This document shows, piece by piece, positions 45,793 to 62,110 of a stretch of 64,000 nt of DNA. Every line of letters begins with the position of its first letter. Position 1 is the stretch's first letter. Source of the DNA: Eledone cirrhosa. Lineage: Eukaryota. The position numbers and the translations under genes were made by a program. Where the stretch lies: contig OZ024756.1 of NCBI GenBank assembly GCA_964016885.1, forward strand, positions 32,178,001-32,242,000. The letters run 5' to 3'. The notes beneath the pieces are model-generated. The model saw nothing but the letters and a program-made list of their open reading frames with translations. It did no database searches and was not told where the DNA came from.

Positions 45793-45804
45793 TATATATA
45801 TGTA

Positions 45805-45898
<94 letters not shown>

Positions 45899-46028
45899 TC
45901 TACATGTATATATATATATACATATATATGTGTATGTATGTGCGGGTCTATGTTTATATATATATATATATATATATCTTTGTTTTTGCTTATGTGTCTA
46001 CCACCCATTCGTCCATAGTGATTAAATA

Positions 46029-46067
<39 letters not shown>

Positions 46068-46117
46068 TATATATATATACATGTAGTCATTATATATATA
46101 TATATAAATATATACAT

Positions 46118-46166
<49 letters not shown>

Positions 46167-46783
46167 GTATATATATATATAGATTCCTGGCGCCTATACA
46201 TTTTGTATTGATCGGTATGATAAGAAGCCGAAGGCCATATATATAGCTGAAGGTTTATAGTTCAGTTTATTAAATTTAAGTTCGTCTGTGGCATTTATTT
46301 AATCGATAGCTCTGGGAGAAAGGGCTTCAGGGCAAAGGTGTCTCCCAGCTGAATACAAAGGGAGGTAACTAATTGGTGCATTGCGTATTTGTCTGTTTAT
46401 CTATATTGAATGATCCTCTCTGTCTTTCTCCTACGGATATGATTTAAAAGTTCAGGCATGGCTGTATTTTTATTGAATTATCTTTGTAACACTTGATTTT
46501 ATTTTCAGTCCTATCGCGTGCCCCCTTTAGCGAAAATACGTATTTGGATCGCTAACATCGATAGAGTCCCTTGAAAGGGGTCTCGTGGCGGTTGCTGTAG
46601 TAGATGAGAAGAGCAAACTTGTAGTATTGGGGGAAATCGATACAGGAAGATGTATTGTTTATATGTTATATCCATCTTTGTTGAATGATACACTTAGTCA
46701 ACTGGTAAATTATCCAGTCGCACACACACTCACACAAACACACACATACAGACACACGTGTGAACTCTGGCGCGCAAATGTGC

Positions 46784-46831
<48 letters not shown>

Positions 46832-46985
46832 GCATATATACACTTAAGATTGGTTTTCAGAAAAGGATCGGAATAAAACTTCAGTAAAATTAGTCACACA
46901 ATACATTAGTAGAAAAAATATCTAAAACTGTCTCATTCGTTTGAGATCTTCAGAACAATCCAGTATATATATATATACATACATA

Positions 46986-47067
<82 letters not shown>

Positions 47068-47134
47068 GCAAACGCACACACACACATATATGTGTGTGTG
47101 TGTGTACATATATATACATGTATATATATCTATG

Positions 47135-47167
<33 letters not shown>

Positions 47168-47196
47168 TTATGTAATAAACAACATAAGATAATTAT

Positions 47197-47257
47197 TTCA
47201 TTTACCAGTGGTTTCTTGAAGGCAGATGTTGTGTCTGTCTTCAGTCGTCAGAGTGAA
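47197..47257 (-). ncRNA. Hammerhead ribozyme motif
   Basis: Reverse complement: ttcact-CTGACGA-ctgaagacaga-cacaaca-tctgccttcaa-GAAACCACTGGTA-aatgaa. Related decayed copies at about 2315-2375 and 62115-62220. Confidence 0.65.
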
Positions 47258-47495
47258 TAAATAACATGGTGTTTTTATTAAATATGGATTTGAAAACACA
47301 ATTTAGGAAATGGGAAAGTGAGGGTGAAAAGATCGGACAAAAAGTGGAAAAAAATGATAAAAAATATATATATAAAAAAAATGAATATCCAGAACATGAA
47401 CATGCACACACTCAACTTCGCGCATATACGTAATAGTACGTAGACCTATACTTTCTCACATAAGCGTTTATATGTATATATATATATATATATAT

Positions 47496-48039
47496 GTAAA
47501 TATCTTTAAGTCGTTTGGAAGCCTCGACAATGCAAATGGGTAAATCTCCGGGTAACAAGGTCCGGTGGTGGAGAGAGAGATGTAAGTGGGTGTACGTTGA
47601 GATGCCTGGTGTGTATAAGATGTGTGAGATGTGTAGAATGAAGGGAAGAGTATAAAGGATAATTCAAAAACGATATTCAAAACAACAAACAGCGAAGGAC
47701 GCGTTCCGCACTTGTCCGACAGACAACCTATTCCCCCACCCCGGAAAAAACCTCCAGTTGATGGATGTGAATCCGAAATATATAGGGACTATTAAATTTC
47801 TCCCAAGGTAACTCTCTCTTGTGTTGTTATTTTTATTTTATCCTTTATACTCTTTCCTTCATGCTACACATCTCACACATCTTATACACACCACGCATCT
47901 CAACGTACACCCACTTACATCTCTCTCTCCACCACCGGTCTTTGTTACCCGGAGATTTACCCATTTGCATTGTCGAGGCCTGCAAACGACTTAAAGATAT
48001 TTACTTATTGTTCCACAATGCTTCAAGCAAACTTCAATA

Positions 48040-48045
<6 letters not shown>
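47496..48045. repeat. About 165-bp inverted repeat (47496-47662 / 47838-48004), PLE-like, flanked by (TA)n
   Basis: The arms are reverse complements. The spacer has a degenerate hammerhead-like gga-tgtgaa-tcc-GAAATATATA. The terminal 40 bp also occurs alone at 4470-4508. Confidence 0.85.
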
Positions 48046-48091
<46 letters not shown>

Positions 48092-48095
<4 letters not shown>

Positions 48096-48312
48096 CGGGT
48101 CACTCTTGAGTGCTACTGGTAACATGTAACCCAGTACAACCTGACGCATGGTCGGATCGTCGGCGAGTAAATCGGCAACCCCACCAAGTTTACTTGGTGA
48201 GGAGGGTGATTTTGTACACCCTGCAGGACAAAAAACAAAATCTGACAAAGGGCGGAAGTGTGTAAATATGGTATATCATGCAATGGCCATATTCGATAAC
48301 GAAGGGGCAGCG

Positions 48313-48317
<5 letters not shown>
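48092..48317 (+). mobile_element. Short non-autonomous element in a (TA)n tract with an RTE-like 3' end
   Basis: Flanked by (TA)n. Its 3' end atggccatattcgataacgaaggggcagcgatcat resembles the tail at 32008-32043. Confidence 0.45.
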
Positions 48318-48366
<49 letters not shown>

Positions 48367-49954
48367 CTGTTTTTTGCTCCATCTTTCAGTAGCTATATAA
48401 TATATAATACGAACCATATGAATTATCGTTCTTCCTCAATCTACGAGTCATTTATCATACTATATATAATAACGTATTGCGAACATTTATAGAAATCCCG
48501 TTATTTCGAAATATATATTTTTTAATGATAATATATTTTCCGATATATTCCTTTGTTATATGTATTCTCATACGAAAATTGTCTAAGCATTTGACGCTTA
48601 TTCTTTGATAAACACATGTTTAATTACATGAATATGAATTGCGATTAGATCGTATATTCGCCTGATGTTTTTTTTCCCTTTTTCTTACATCATTTGTCTT
48701 CCGGTAATGGAAAACAAATTATATAATTTTAGATGAATTATATAATGTTATATCATAGTACATACATTTTGAAAAATGGAACAATGTCGTCGGTCAGATC
48801 AAGCCAAGGACATATTGATTCTATTGTTTTTTTTTCCTTCCATTTATATGAATATCTGCCGGCCATAAATTTTAATAGAAGGAACAATACGAAATTTTAC
48901 AACATTTAACTCAAGAACACAGTGGTCCGTCCGGTGCAGGGATCAAACTGGCGATATTACTATGTAGTGTCCAACAATATAACAGCTATGCCATCCATAA
49001 AATCGATCTTTTTGTTTCTTATCTTTCGTTAAGCCAATTTAATCGACCCCAATCTCAATGGTCGAATAATGGTCTAACTTCTGTGTATATATGTGTATGA
49101 TTAGTCAAGTCAAAACAAAATTCAATAAATACTATTAATTGAATACTTTAAGAAATTCGCTTCACCTATTCGAAAAAGCTGAATGATTAGACAAAATACA
49201 CCCAAGGTGAACTTAGCAGTGTCAAATCTCATTTACCAGACACTCGAATCGTACCTGTTTGGACACTCGTAGGATAGACTATATTTTAAACTCAAAGAGA
49301 TGTTATACACTGCGTCAAGCTGGATTACCATGAGAATTATAATAAAGGTACACGTATTAGTTACATAAATAGTAATTACATGAACAAGTGGTTCCGTTGA
49401 GCGAACGAACGCAACATTCATCGTCGAAAACGTTGGAGGTCCATTACATTTTTCCACTAGAAAAGGAAATCATGTAATCCTTAGTAATATTACAGATGAC
49501 TTCGTTTCAAATGTCAAATTATAGTATAACGAATAATAATAATAATAAATAATGATAAAATACAGAATATTATCTTTCAGATAATCATTACATCTATTTT
49601 GTAATCAGAATATAATTTTAAAACTGATGATAATTACGATATAAGACTACATATGAGCAACAGATTGTGAAATCAGCGAAACTGAAGTCAATAGTCTAAA
49701 ATGTCATAACATAAAGTAAAATAAACATAGATAAATATAATATGTTTATATGTTTACCAATAATTTCCTTGTGATTGTTTTGTGTTTTTAATTTGCATTT
49801 TGAATGACTTTTAATAGCTTCGTGTTAATATTACAATTTTGAGCGGAACCTGACGCATATGTTTGCCATTCGTTGAATGTTTGCTTTTTATGTATATATT
49901 ATATGTATATATTATATATATACTATATTGTGTATATAGTATATATTATATATA

Positions 49955-50041
<87 letters not shown>

Positions 50042-50057
50042 TATATATATATATATA

Positions 50058-50179
<122 letters not shown>

Positions 50180-50228
50180 TATATATATATATGTGTATGT
50201 ATATATATATACTTATGTATATATATTC

Positions 50229-50264
<36 letters not shown>

Positions 50265-50615
50265 TGACAATTATTACCATGACAACAAGAAAAATAACCA
50301 CTTATACATACATACATAGATATATACATACATTAATATATATATATATATATATATATATAACATTTTTATCCATCACATTGACAAGTCTTTCCGTTTG
50401 TATGGTCACTTGTATTAATATATAACTCTATTCCTGTCGAGTCCATCATATCCCTGGACAATTATCTCAGTCAATTATTTACATTAATTATATCTACAAT
50501 ATTGCTTGAGTATCTCAGCATCTGTCAAATATTATTTTCGCCCTATCTCTCTCTATTAATGTATTTATGTATGTATATGGATGTATGTTTATACACACAC
50601 ACACACACCCACACC

Positions 50616-50750
<135 letters not shown>

Positions 50751-50794
50751 ATATATGTATATATATGTATATATATATATATATATTCATATGC

Positions 50795-50869
<75 letters not shown>

Positions 50870-50893
50870 TATATATATATATATATAAATATA

Positions 50894-50966
<73 letters not shown>

Positions 50967-51448
50967 TATATATGTACACAGTATATATATATATATATAT
51001 ATATACAGAGAGAGGGAGATAGAGAGAGAGAGAGATATGATAGATATCTAGTGCTTTACGTTGATGGTATATCTGTCTAGAGCTTTGACAGGAGTCGAAA
51101 TATTTTATGTAATTAATTGTTATTGTTGTTGTTGTTTAGCCAATCATGTCTTGATTGCTTAATCGTTTTATTGCTTATTCGAGATCTTAAACATTAATTT
51201 GTACTAAGTAAATTTACGTATGTATATATGTATTATATGTATGCATATATGTGTGTATATATGTATGTATGTAGGAGGTGAGTTTTATTGTAGTACAATA
51301 AAGCAATGCAGATATCCGATAAGAAGCACTCTACAGTTTGTAGGACTGGAGTATACATAATATATAAGATCAAAAGATGGTTAAAATATGTTGATTTAAA
51401 ACTGCACTATTCACAAGTGTTTTTTAACCTCCATATCATGTCTTCCTA

Positions 51449-51515
51449 TTTTATCTGATGAAAACACAAATGTTATTGAATGATGATATTTGTTTTTGAA
51501 ATGCGCATAATAAAA
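51449..51515 (+). ncRNA. Type-I hammerhead ribozyme motif
   Basis: ttttat-CTGATGA-(long stem II)-GAAA-tgcgca-TA-ataaaa. ATGCGCAT palindrome; paralogue at 54836-54902. Confidence 0.8.
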
Positions 51516-51942
51516 TACATGGAACTCTTTTAACCATCTTTTGATCTTATGTATGTATGTATGTATGTATGTATGTATGTATGTATGTATGTATGTATGT
51601 ATGTATGTATGTATGTATGTATGTATGTATGAATGTATGTATGTATTATGTTCTTCTGGTTTTATAATTTCACAATTTTTTGCCAACAGAGAGAGAGTCG
51701 GTTTCTTACATAGATACAAGACTCTCTCAGTGGAATTTACACAACAAGGTAGATATGTATGCATGTCTGCATGCATGTTTATATGCTTTGTATTGCATGT
51801 GTATATGCTTTGTATCATATATGTATATATGTATGTATATATCTATGTATGTATGTGTGTATGTGTATGTATGTATGTATGTATGTATGTATGTATGTGT
51901 ATGGTCATTTGTGCATTTATCTAACTATCTACCCATCTATTA

Positions 51943-52302
<360 letters not shown>

Positions 52303-52304
52303 CA

Positions 52305-52351
<47 letters not shown>

Positions 52352-52577
52352 CAATAATTGATGTATTTGTCACCAAATTACCAAACATTTAGAAAATAAT
52401 TAGGAATCAGTTGAATAACATTGTAATATATTTAATCATACTAATAGTTGTTGAATCTCCTAAACGATAAGTACATTCGACTGTCTAGTTCTAAATAGAA
52501 TAGCAATTAAAGTATAATGGAGAGTCATGGTTAGGGCGCTCATGATTTTGTACGAGAAGGACTGGAGCAACATGAAA

Positions 52578-52963
52578 TAATTGTTTCTACTTTTGGCACA
52601 AGGCCAGCAATTATCCCAGTGTAATACTGGTACTTTATTTTATTGACCCCGTAAGGATGAAAGGCAAAGTTAACCTGCGCGGGATTTGAACCCAGACCAT
52701 AAAGGGCTGTAACTCTTTGCAGCAAAGCTTGGCGTCCGACCCTCTACAGAGACGGCCAATCCACCACCCTTATAATTGTTTCTACTTTTGGCACAAGGCC
52801 AGGAAATTACCCAGTACATTACTGGTACTATATTTTATCGACCCCCGTAAGGATGAAAGGCAAAGTTGACCTCGGCGGGATTTGAACTCAGAATTGAAAG
52901 GGCCGCAACTCTATGCGTCAAAGCATGTCGTCCGACCATCTACCGATACTGCCAATCCACCGC
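52578..52963 (-). mobile_element. Two tandem S1 SINE copies
   Basis: Consensus match on the minus strand. Confidence 0.88.
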
Positions 52964-53104
52964 ACTGTTTGGTTTAGATTGGTTTTGGCTTCCGTATATT
53001 TTGTATCCCTATAGTTAATTTACCTGGCAATCAATATTCATCATTGACTGACCAACGGTTATATATATAGATATAATTATATATATATATATATACAAAG
53101 TCTA

Positions 53105-53146
53105 TCAAACTTCTTTCATCACACACCTGTGACATCATCAGTGGTA
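53105..53146 (-). ncRNA. Possible degenerate hammerhead motif
   Basis: Reverse complement: CTGATGA-tgtcaca-ggtg-tgtgat-GAAA. Stems I and III are not evident. Confidence 0.35.
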
Positions 53147-54158
53147 CTATTATATTTCCTCCCGTTCTATGGTAATATCTACTCCATATAACAATATTTG
53201 TTTCAACACACGATTTTATATCAAAAACCTTGCAAAACAAATTCATATATATGTATATGCACATATATAATTCAAACATACAGATTTAGATATCTATTTA
53301 CATCTATCGATTCAGAAAGAAATGTATAATTACCTTGATGTCTAATTTCAAAAACATAGCCTTGTTTTCGAATTAGAAACCGAATTACTCTCTATAAAGA
53401 TTACTCCTTACCCGTTCAACGGGTTGGGTTGAGCCGACTCCATCGAAGGTGTAAGTTAATTTCAATGGAGTTTCTTCGGGCAAATGGTTTCACAAGCGGT
53501 GCTCAACCACCAGCTTATGCGCTTCAGGATAATGTAACCAAAGCATTGCATTGGTTATAGCACCGAGCTCACGCTTTCAAACCCAACCAAATATGGTATT
53601 GGCAGTGCCGTGACTGGAATGGATGGGAGGAAGTTTTGCCGACAGTGGTGAAAACTACAACATATTTAAAACCATTTTATTGGCCACAAACCCTCGGCAT
53701 ACCAACCCTCGCCATCTTACTCTATATTGGTGAGAAATTAAACAGAAATATATATCCAGAAAAAACATGCATATACACATAAAAACGTCAGAGTACATTT
53801 ACTGAGCAAACAAGTGGACAGCTACATGGTCGATTGACTTACTAAAAATAGCAGCCAAATTCCAAATAAATCCACCGAATCTGAATCGCGGATTTAAAAG
53901 GGCCACGTGTATAATGAAGTACAGATTTACACTATTCTTGAAAATATCTTTTGATCATATATACTGTTTCTGTAAGACGTATGATCAAAAGATTATGTCA
54001 ACAGAAGGAGCATTAACAGTAATAGAAGCAGCAGCAGCAACAGCAACAAAGGCGACAGAGGCAGAAACATAGGTTATAATTATGGACACAACCACACGCA
54101 CACACACACACACACACCACGCATACATACACACAAACACACACATACACACACACAA

Positions 54159-54232
<74 letters not shown>

Positions 54233-54324
54233 TTATATATATATATGTATATACACCCATACACATCCATACACACACACACACACACACACACATACAC
54301 ACACACACACACACACACAGCCAC

Positions 54325-54355
<31 letters not shown>

Positions 54356-54476
54356 TACACACACGCATAGTGAAACAGGAGTCGCAACTGTTTATAATTT
54401 CTTTTATTTTATAATATTACAAAATGTCGAGGTTTGATAAGGATTGACGAGTGCAAAATAATTTCCATTATGTCCT

Positions 54477-54553
54477 TTTACGGGGTCGATAAAATAAAGT
54501 ACCAGTAATGTACTGGGTAATTGCTGGCCTTGTGCCTAAAGTAGAAACAATTA
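54477..54553 (+). mobile_element. 5'-truncated S1 SINE with TSD attatgtccttt
   Basis: 3' half of the consensus, flanked by a direct duplication. Confidence 0.82.
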
Positions 54554-54647
54554 TGTCCTTTAAGTTGTATCAAAATTTCATACCATCAATCTGTAGAATT
54601 CATGAAGTTAATAAAAACTAAAACCCCTGTATGACATTTGGGCCACC

Positions 54648-54707
<60 letters not shown>

Positions 54708-54835
54708 GTAGGAGGTGAGTTTTATTGTAGTACAATAAAGCAATGCAGATATCGGATAAGTACGACTCTAAAGTTTGTAGGACTGAAGTATAAATAATAT
54801 ATAAGATCAAAAGATGGTTAAAAGAGCTCCAAGTA

Positions 54836-54902
54836 TTTTATTATGCGCATTTCAAAAACAAATATCATCATGAGATGATATCTGCGTTTTCATCAGATAA
54901 AA
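54836..54902 (-). ncRNA. Type-I hammerhead ribozyme motif
   Basis: Reverse complement: ttttat-CTGATGA-aaacgcagatatcatc-tcat-gatgatatttgttttt-GAAA-tgcgca-TA-ataaaa. Confidence 0.85.
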
Positions 54903-54957
54903 TAGGGATACATGATACGAAGGTTAAAAAACACTTGTGAATGGTGAAGTTTTAAAT

Positions 54958-55051
<94 letters not shown>

Positions 55052-55730
55052 TCATACGGAGAAATACGTTTTTGAAAATATTGTAGTATAAATACTACAC
55101 ATACCTTCACACAGACATAGACATATATATATATATACATTTATTTTTAACGACAAGCTTTTAGTGCTGCGCATTTCTTTAAGAAATATTAAAATTTTCC
55201 TGAGAACTATTTAGTCATCTATTTAATAGCGCATTTAACTATTTAAAATAATTTTGTGAAGTACTTAGAAGTGTTTACTGTCAAAACGGTCGAACAATTT
55301 ATCTAGTTAAGAATACAATCTATGTAAACTTTAAATGTATTCCGTGTTTAAAATCGACCAACAATTAGTAGCCATTCAATATTGCTTCTGTTTGTCTCAA
55401 TATTCATGTCTGGAACTGGTAGAACTGAAGGAAATTTCTGCCTACTAGAATGAACCTCCGTCAGTTTCGACGATGAGTATTCCAGCTTTTTCATCAACGA
55501 AACTGTTTGTCCGTAAATAATTAGTTTAAATATTTGTTAAGCTTTTGATAAGATCGTAAAGCCTATTAATATATTATATCCCTGCTAATGGTTTCACGGT
55601 CACGGTCGATTATTCATTTAGGGATTAAAAAATTTAAATATTTTAAATAATCTAATAATGTGTAAATAATCTAATAACAGTGATTCAAAACAGTCATCGT
55701 TGATTTACACATATTCTAAATTGCAATTAG

Positions 55731-55791
<61 letters not shown>

Positions 55792-55794
<3 letters not shown>

Positions 55795-55993
55795 CGAAGG
55801 GGAAATGTGGTAAGGAACCAAGTGGACCATAACGCACCAAAGTACTCAATACTTAGGGTAGTAGAGTGGGTAATAGGAACAAGTAAGATAAGACCCCGAC
55901 GGCTGAGCTCAAGCCGTTTCGACGGGTAATTCTGTACAGAATTGAATTAGCCGTCGAAACGGCTTGAGCTCAGCCGTCGGGGTCTTACTTGTT

Positions 55994-55997
<4 letters not shown>
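55792..55997. mobile_element. Family A fragment with fold-back
   Basis: Nearly identical to 52047-52248; flanked by (TA)n on both sides. Confidence 0.75.
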
Positions 55998-56043
<46 letters not shown>

Positions 56044-56347
56044 AATAGATTAATGTACATACTTACGGATTCATATAATAAGCATATCGGACGACCTATC
56101 GTTTACAGTGTCAGGTTCGAACCTGACACTGTAATCGAAATATATATATATATATATATTCAAAAGTGTCGAAGTCAGTGTTGCTTCATATGCACAAAAT
56201 GTATTACGTGTGCAGGTGTGTGTACTTAGATTTGTAAATATGCTCAAGTCTACGCAATTATATATTTTAGGTTAGTAAATTTCGAGATCATACATACATA
56301 AAAGAAACTTTGAGCAGATAAGATTATTTTGATATTTGTATATATGT

Positions 56348-56407
<60 letters not shown>

Positions 56408-56482
56408 ACATATATTACTACCCTAAGTATTGAGTACTTTGGTGCGTTATGGTCCACCTGGTTCCTCATCACATTTCCTTCG

Positions 56483-56567
<85 letters not shown>

Positions 56568-57012
56568 TATATATATATAATCGCTACATCATTTTCAGAT
56601 TTCAAAGAAAAAAAACCTATAGATAGATAGCAACATGGAAGTTTTTAAATTATGAAACATTTCTTAGAATGGACATGCGTCAAATATGTCTCCGTGTGGA
56701 AATGATAACAAAGTAAAGAATTAGAAAAAAACTTTAAAAAAAAAGAGTAATGGTAACACGTCATTGCAGATTATGTTGTAATGTCGAATGGCATAATATG
56801 CATTTACCCAACCCTGTCACAAACACTCACACATACAGACAGATGTAATGTTTCCCCAATCACATTATCGAGACAACATGACATTATGTTTTAGTATACA
56901 CTATATGTAGAATGTTCAGCTATATTCGCCTTACACTTAACATGTATATATGTATTTACACCCTTTATGCAGTATACACCCACACACACACATATACACA
57001 TATACACACACA

Positions 57013-57065
<53 letters not shown>

Positions 57066-57137
57066 TATGAAGTATATATATATGGAAATGTGTGTGTGTA
57101 TATGTATTTATATATATACATACATACATACATATGT

Positions 57138-57173
<36 letters not shown>

Positions 57174-57769
57174 GATATATGTACTTATTTGAGCGTCGAA
57201 ATCGTTAACTTTTCACGTAAGACATTTCACTGGCGACATGTTGCTCAATCCGAACCAATACGAGGTGACACTTACTCTAGGTTCTGCAAGGAAGGAACGG
57301 TAATGGTAGCAATTGATGCCGATTCGAACTTCTATATTTAAAGATGAAAGACCGATGAATAGAATAAGCTGTGCAGTACAAATGTACTATTACACTTCAT
57401 ATATTTAGATCTGTAATGTTTGCTGAGAATTGAAAGCTGAGTTCATTTCTCATACAAAATAAAAACATAAGTTGAGGGAGAGTGAGTCTGGGAGATAGAG
57501 AGAGGGAGAGAGTGTAATAGAGACAGAGAAACACAAAGACAGACACATAAACAGAGAGGGATTCAATCGATATAGTTTTATTAGGTTAGGTTCAATGAAA
57601 TACCTGCGAGACAACAAAAGACGACCACATTTCAACATTAGCTATTTTCGGAAAAAGAAATGGGGAGATATAGCGGCCATTTTGTTTCTTGCACTGTTTT
57701 TATTTTATTTTTCATTATGTCATTGATTTTTTTATTATTTTGTTTGATACATGTAATAACGGGTAACTA

Positions 57770-57828
57770 TGTTCATTATTATTATTGATTATTATTATTG
57801 CTATTATTATTATTGTTATTATTATGTT

Positions 57829-57905
<77 letters not shown>

Positions 57906-58360
57906 GTACTACTACTGCAGCCCTTAGTACAATTATTATTATTATTAAAAGTAGTAGTAGTAATAGTAGTAGTAGTAGCAGTAGTAGTAGTAATAGTAGT
58001 ACTAGTCGTTGTAGGAGTAGTATTAGTCGTAGTGGGAGTAGTATTAGTCGTAGTAGGACTACTAGTAGTAATAGTAATAGCAGTAGCATTAATATTGTAG
58101 CAGTAGTACTACTACTAGTAGTAGTAGCACCAGCAGCAACAGTAGCAGTGTTATTACTAGCATCATCAAAAACATAAAGACACCCGCAACACCATCACCA
58201 CCACCACCACCACCACAACCACCACCACCACAACCACCACTACGACCGCCACCACCAGCAACACCAACACCACCACGACCACCACCACCAATACTACCAC
58301 CACCACCACCACCATCACCATCACCTCCACGACCACCACCAACACCACCACCACCATTAT
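57770..58360. repeat. Compound trinucleotide array (ATT, CTA, AGT, CAC)
   Basis: Direct inspection. Confidence 0.9.
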
Positions 58361-58854
58361 CAGTATTATACGAATTCTATTTATATGCTCTTATGCATGC
58401 TGTTGCATAAAGAGACCTGCCTGGGAATTTATTTGTACTTTTTTACTTTTTAATGTTAAGTTTAGTATGTCGTACAGTATTTTCAGCAATTTAAAATTGA
58501 ATTATAAAGAATGAGAATATTAGATTATCTCATATATATGTGTATATATATATATATTATATTTATTATATACATGAGTGTGTATATATATATATGTGTA
58601 TATATATATGTATATATGTGTGTGTATATATATATATATACCTACATATATATATATGTGTATATTATATATATATGAGTCTGTGTCGTTGCGCGTGTAT
58701 TTGTGTGTGTGTATACAAACATATATACAGGAATGCACTTACTTCTATGCATATCGACATGACTTGGGTTGTTAGCTACCATTATCGTCATCATAATCAT
58801 CATAATCGTCATCATCATCATCATAACCATCATGATCATCATCATCATCTATGC

Positions 58855-58912
<58 letters not shown>

Positions 58913-59013
58913 TCCTTATTTTTAGTCTACTATCTCTACAATGGTGTCTAAAATATGTCCCTTTCAATCAATGAGAGAACATGAAATGAATGAACACAGC
59001 ATATATATATACG

Positions 59014-59046
<33 letters not shown>

Positions 59047-59050
59047 TATA

Positions 59051-59154
<104 letters not shown>

Positions 59155-59166
59155 TATATGTTTTTC

Positions 59167-59239
<73 letters not shown>

Positions 59240-59552
59240 TATAAAATAAAGTGTTACTGCATGTAGCCGTCCATTAAGTCATAGAAAAAAATAGACCATA
59301 CATTAAAGATATGGTAATGTGGTACAAATTATTTGATGTAAGAGAGTTGAAAAGTTCGTTAGTGTCTTTGTCTGATCATTAGATAGTTCCATAAGTGAAA
59401 CCTGCTTCATGTACTTTTTGAAATTACGTCGGTCACTGGGACAACGTTCGGTAAAATATTTTATATTACAGATACATATACACATACATATATACACTCA
59501 CGCACACACACACACATATATATATATATTTATATATACATATGTGATATAC

Positions 59553-59620
<68 letters not shown>

Positions 59621-59829
59621 AAAACCTCGTAAAACAAATTCATCGCCGTCACATATATGAACATATTTACAAATATGTATATATATATATATATATATAT
59701 AAGTGGTTACACAACAGTTAGTTCACCATACCGAGAACGATTGTTCTCGGTATGGTGAACTAACCGCTGTGTAACCACTTCTACCTAACGCGTCCCATGG
59801 ATTGAGTGCTCTACCACTACGGATATTAC

Positions 59830-59885
<56 letters not shown>

Positions 59886-59935
59886 TTATATATATATATT
59901 TGTAAATATGTATATATATATATAGATATTTACAA

Positions 59936-59974
<39 letters not shown>

Positions 59975-60117
59975 TAGTGGAGGAACACTGGCAGGTAATA
60001 TCCGTAGTGGTAGAGCACTCTGTCCAAGGGAACGGGAAGGACAACCGTACGAACGCGTACACGCAGAAACTCGGTCACTTCACGCAGGCAATAGTAGACC
60101 ATATAACCATATACATC

Positions 60118-60157
60118 CCGAGCTGAAGATCCGCGAAGGTGAAATAATTGTTCTCGG
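60118..60157 (+). ncRNA. Hammerhead-like motif (position 17 is U, so probably inactive)
   Basis: ccgag-CTGAAGA-tccgcgaaggt-GAAA-taattg-TT-ctcgg. Perfect 5-bp stem I. Confidence 0.65.
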
Positions 60158-60185
60158 TATGGTCAACTAACCGTTGTGTAAGCAC

Positions 60186-60378
<193 letters not shown>

Positions 60379-60549
60379 CATATATATATATATATATATT
60401 GTTATACTTTGTTAAATTAAATATATATATAGAGATATAGTAATAATAATAAATGTGAAGACTAAAGTTCAAAGAAGGCTCTATAAGGATAAATATATAT
60501 CAAATATATAAGAGCCCTAGAGCAAATATTTATTAAAATAACAGATTAA

Positions 60550-60600
60550 AGTTTAAGCAAAGAATCGTTCCTTTCACCCTTAATGGGATCTTCTGAAACT
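60550..60600 (-). ncRNA. Hammerhead-like motif (CAGAAGA core variant); paralogue at 62590-62640
   Basis: Reverse complement: agttt-CAGAAGA-tccc-attaa-gggt-GAAAG...TGCTTA-aact. Confidence 0.55.
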
Positions 60601-60672
60601 AAAAAAATCAATCTGTGAACGCAGAAGTAAATATTTCTAAAACCTTTAATTTGTTATTTTAATATATATATA

Positions 60673-60833
<161 letters not shown>

Positions 60834-61172
60834 GGTGTTGGATGCTTAAAGCGTCCCTATGCGGTAGGCCGTTTGAGCACTCGACGCTCTCACAGAGCAG
60901 AGTATGGTATCATAAGAAAAAAGAGAATTAGTGTTGCAAAGATTTTGGAAAATATGCTTCGTAGAATCAAGACGTATCTGAGGACCTTGCGATTTCAGAG
61001 TCAGGTTCGATCACCACATCGATCGTACCTCGAGCTGGTCGCCAGAGAAACGATTGTAATATCTCCAATAAATTCTATTCGTCGCAACACTGATTCTCTT
61101 TTTTTTGTGATATATTTATATATATTTATTTACACACACACTCTCCCTCACACACACACATACACACACAGA

Positions 61173-61260
<88 letters not shown>

Positions 61261-61478
61261 AGTGTGTGTGTATTAAATTATAAAATATTCTATAGTATAT
61301 TATAAGGGCGTTGTATTAGTAGAAACACTAGAGAGTCTGAGAAATACTAAGCAGTATTAGTTCCGGATTTTCAATTCGGTGGAACTGCTGGCCACGTGCC
61401 AATTTAAAAAATAATTATATTATATTGTATCATATTATAAATATATATATATATATATATATATAAACATATATAAAC

Positions 61479-61560
<82 letters not shown>

Positions 61561-62075
61561 GTGTGTGTGCATTTATTTGTCTACATCATTATAGAATTAT
61601 AATATATATTTACAAAGAATGTTCGAGTAGGAATGTCTGTAAGCTGTCTGAAATCTAACGTATTACTTGGTCTATGATATATGATTGGAATTTCTTGCTT
61701 AAATTGTTCCCAATGAAAGGTGTGAAATTATATTTTGATTGTAGACTAAACAGTGTCCTCCTTTCACCAATAATTATATCCATTGATTTATCAGTAATAA
61801 AGAGGAAGCAGAATATAGAACTATAATTATTATATAGTCTTTCATGAACTTACTGCTTTGTTTTCAGTCATTACACTACGGCCGTGATAGGGTAACACTG
61901 TAAAGGGCTTCAGTTGATGAGATCAAAACCAGTGTTTAGCTAATTTTAAGACTGGTAGGAACATTATTCAAATTACGGTTACATAAACAGATGCATAAAC
62001 GCAAACATATACACACCTCTCTCTCCTGATCTCATATATATATATATACATATATGTATATATATATATATGTAT

Positions 62076-62110
<35 letters not shown>

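Noticed and set aside
57610-57690. Minus-strand aaaATGGCCGC start or YY1-like motif followed by a donor-like site
   Set aside because: There is an in-frame stop after 12 codons, and a single short motif cannot support a promoter or first exon.
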